A DNA stretch of 64,000 bases from Lama guanicoe. Its lineage: Eukaryota. Positions 62,355-64,000 of the stretch are shown one piece after another (position 1 is the stretch's first letter; each line of letters begins with the position of its first letter). The DNA is taken from positions 186,001 to 250,000 of the forward strand of contig MU054033.1 of the NCBI GenBank assembly GCA_013239625.1. Reading direction: 5' to 3'. The notes under the pieces are model-generated. The model was given only the letters and a program-made list of their open reading frames with translations. It was not told the origin of the DNA and searched no databases. Position numbers and translations under genes: made by a program.

Positions 62355-63425
62355 TTTTATGTACGTGGTAGGTTAGTCACGTTTCCTGACCCTGGAGAAG
62401 TGACTCTCTGAGGAGACATCCTGTGTGTCTCAGAAATGCGCTCCCCTCTCAGCACCCAAGGGCCAGGGGCCAGCTGGTCCCAGGGTGGGGCCTCACCTGC
62501 ATTTGCAGACTTCATCCCGCAGGGTCGTAGCTTCCTTGCTTCCGGTGTCTGCCCCCGGGCAGGGGAGGCTCGTCTAGAGGCTTGTGCAGGCTGCCTGGTA
62601 GGAGGCACCGGTGCCTGCCCGCTGGCGGGTGGAGCTGAGTCCTGGCCCTCTGGTGGGCAGGGCTGTGTCTAGGGGGAGCGTCTAGAGGTGACTGTGGGCT
62701 CAGAAAGTGTCTAGGCAGCCTGTCTGCTGGTGGCTGGGGCTGTGAACCCGCCCAGTTAATTCTTTGGCCTGAGGCGCCCCAGCACTGGGGCCTGCAGGCT
62801 GATGCGCGGGGCCAGGCCTTGGTGCTGATGGCCCAAGCAAGGTGTCAGCCTTCAGGAGAGTCGTGCACGAGTTCTCCCCGAGTCGCTCGCCGCTGGTGTC
62901 TGTGCCTCCCGGGCGAGCCGTAGCTGCCCTCCGCCTCGCCAGGAGCCCCTCCAAGGCCAGCAGGCTTCTGTGAAGTCGCTGCTGTTGCCCTCGGTCCAGG
63001 TGAACACGAGGTTTCGTGTGCCTCCTGTAAGAGTGAGGTCTGTTCCCCCAGTCCCGTGGGGCTCCCGCGGTTAAGCCTTGCTGGCCTTCAAAGCCGATGC
63101 TCCGGGGGCTCCTCTTCCTGGTGCCGGGCCCCCGGGCTGGGGAGCCGGGCGTGGGGTCAGAACGCTCACCCCCGTGGGAGGGCGTCTGCAGTACGACCGG
63201 TCTCCAGTTTGTGGGTCGCCGGCCTGGGGTGTGGGACGTGACTGCGTCACGAGTGCCCCTCCTGCCCGCCTTGCGCTTCCTTCCTTCTGTCTTTGGTTGC
63301 GGGCGGTCTCTTCTGGGAGTTTCGGTCTTGCATCGGCGGCCGTTCAGCAGTTGGCTGTGGCTGTGCTGTGCCCGTGGAGGAGGTGACTCCAGGGTCCGTC
63401 CACTCCACCCCCTTGGCCGCTCTCC
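62355..63425 (-). mobile_element. LINE-1 5'UTR fragment (cetartiodactyl/laurasiatherian type), CpG-rich
   Basis: 'aggcttgtgcaggctgcctggtaggaggcaccggtgcctgcccgctggcgggtggagctg...ccctctggtgggcagggc' and 'gaccctggagaagtg' match antisense L1 5'UTRs as I recall them. Ends at a decayed 'ctccgccatctt'-like terminus. Confidence 0.75.
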
Positions 63426-64000
63426 GCGTTGGCTTCTTGACAAAGCCGACCTATGACAAAAATGGCAGATTTGGGCTCAGGAATACCGTGTTCACCCACA
63501 CCTCAGGAATCCTTGCTTTACTCACATTGACCCTTTCCTGTTGTCTTCTCTGTCTCTGTCATTTTATACATGGATGTGGGCCACAGCACTGTCAGACCTA
63601 AATGCATATGAATACGTGGAATTTGACAGAACTGGGCTGTTTCCGCTTCGCTGTCATCGTATCAGCCCGCGTGTCATTGATTCACATAGCAGGATGTCGG
63701 CTGCGACACGTCCTGTCCTCTTGAATTAGCAACCAGGACCTCGAGCTGCGCACAGGTGGGTGAGGACCTGGGTGGTCACCACTCTGTAGGGCCCCTGATG
63801 GCCTTGCCACCTCCAGTGCTTCACCCTCCCTGAGTCTCCTGCTCGTGATGGTTAGAGGGTCGTGGAGGGAAGGAAGCTAGACAGCAGCTGTCCTTGCCAC
63901 CTCGGTTTTGGCCCGATGTCCCTGGTCTGCAGAGTTCGTCCGTGTGGATGGCTCATTTGATGCCTGGGGCCTGGACTTCCTTATCTCCAGGGACCTTCTC

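Noticed and set aside
62700..63443. 247-aa minus-strand ORF
   Set aside because: Lies wholly within the GC-rich L1 5'UTR fragment.

Overview
Mammalian (eutherian) genomic DNA, most likely from a camelid. The basis is several copies of a tRNA-derived SINE with a 'cctaatta(c/t)cYccc' tail resembling camelid Vic-1, plus many short, young-looking LINE-1 3' ends. I found no protein-coding gene, tRNA, rRNA or CRISPR array that I can recognise. The window looks like a GC-rich intronic or intergenic region built from layered repeats (L1 of several ages, a HAL1/L1ME-type ORF1 relic, L2, MIR, MaLR/ERV LTRs, MER3/MER5 hAT and MER47/Tigger DNA transposons, microsatellites) with unique spacers between them. 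The supplied ORFs are either L1 relics or chance ORFs in GC-rich DNA. The most interesting signals are: (i) three CpG-island-like patches that appear to be ancient L2 or Tigger repeats rewritten towards G/C; (ii) two 5'-inverted (twin-primed) L1 insertions, a doubly hit MER3 and a 32-bp micro-insertion with a perfect target-site duplication (TSD); (iii) a few well-formed orphan exon and micro-exon candidates on both strands near 14 kb and 45-48 kb. Repeat family names come from remembered consensus sequences, not a search. Boundaries of old repeats are approximate. I see no convincing evidence of a new biological system.
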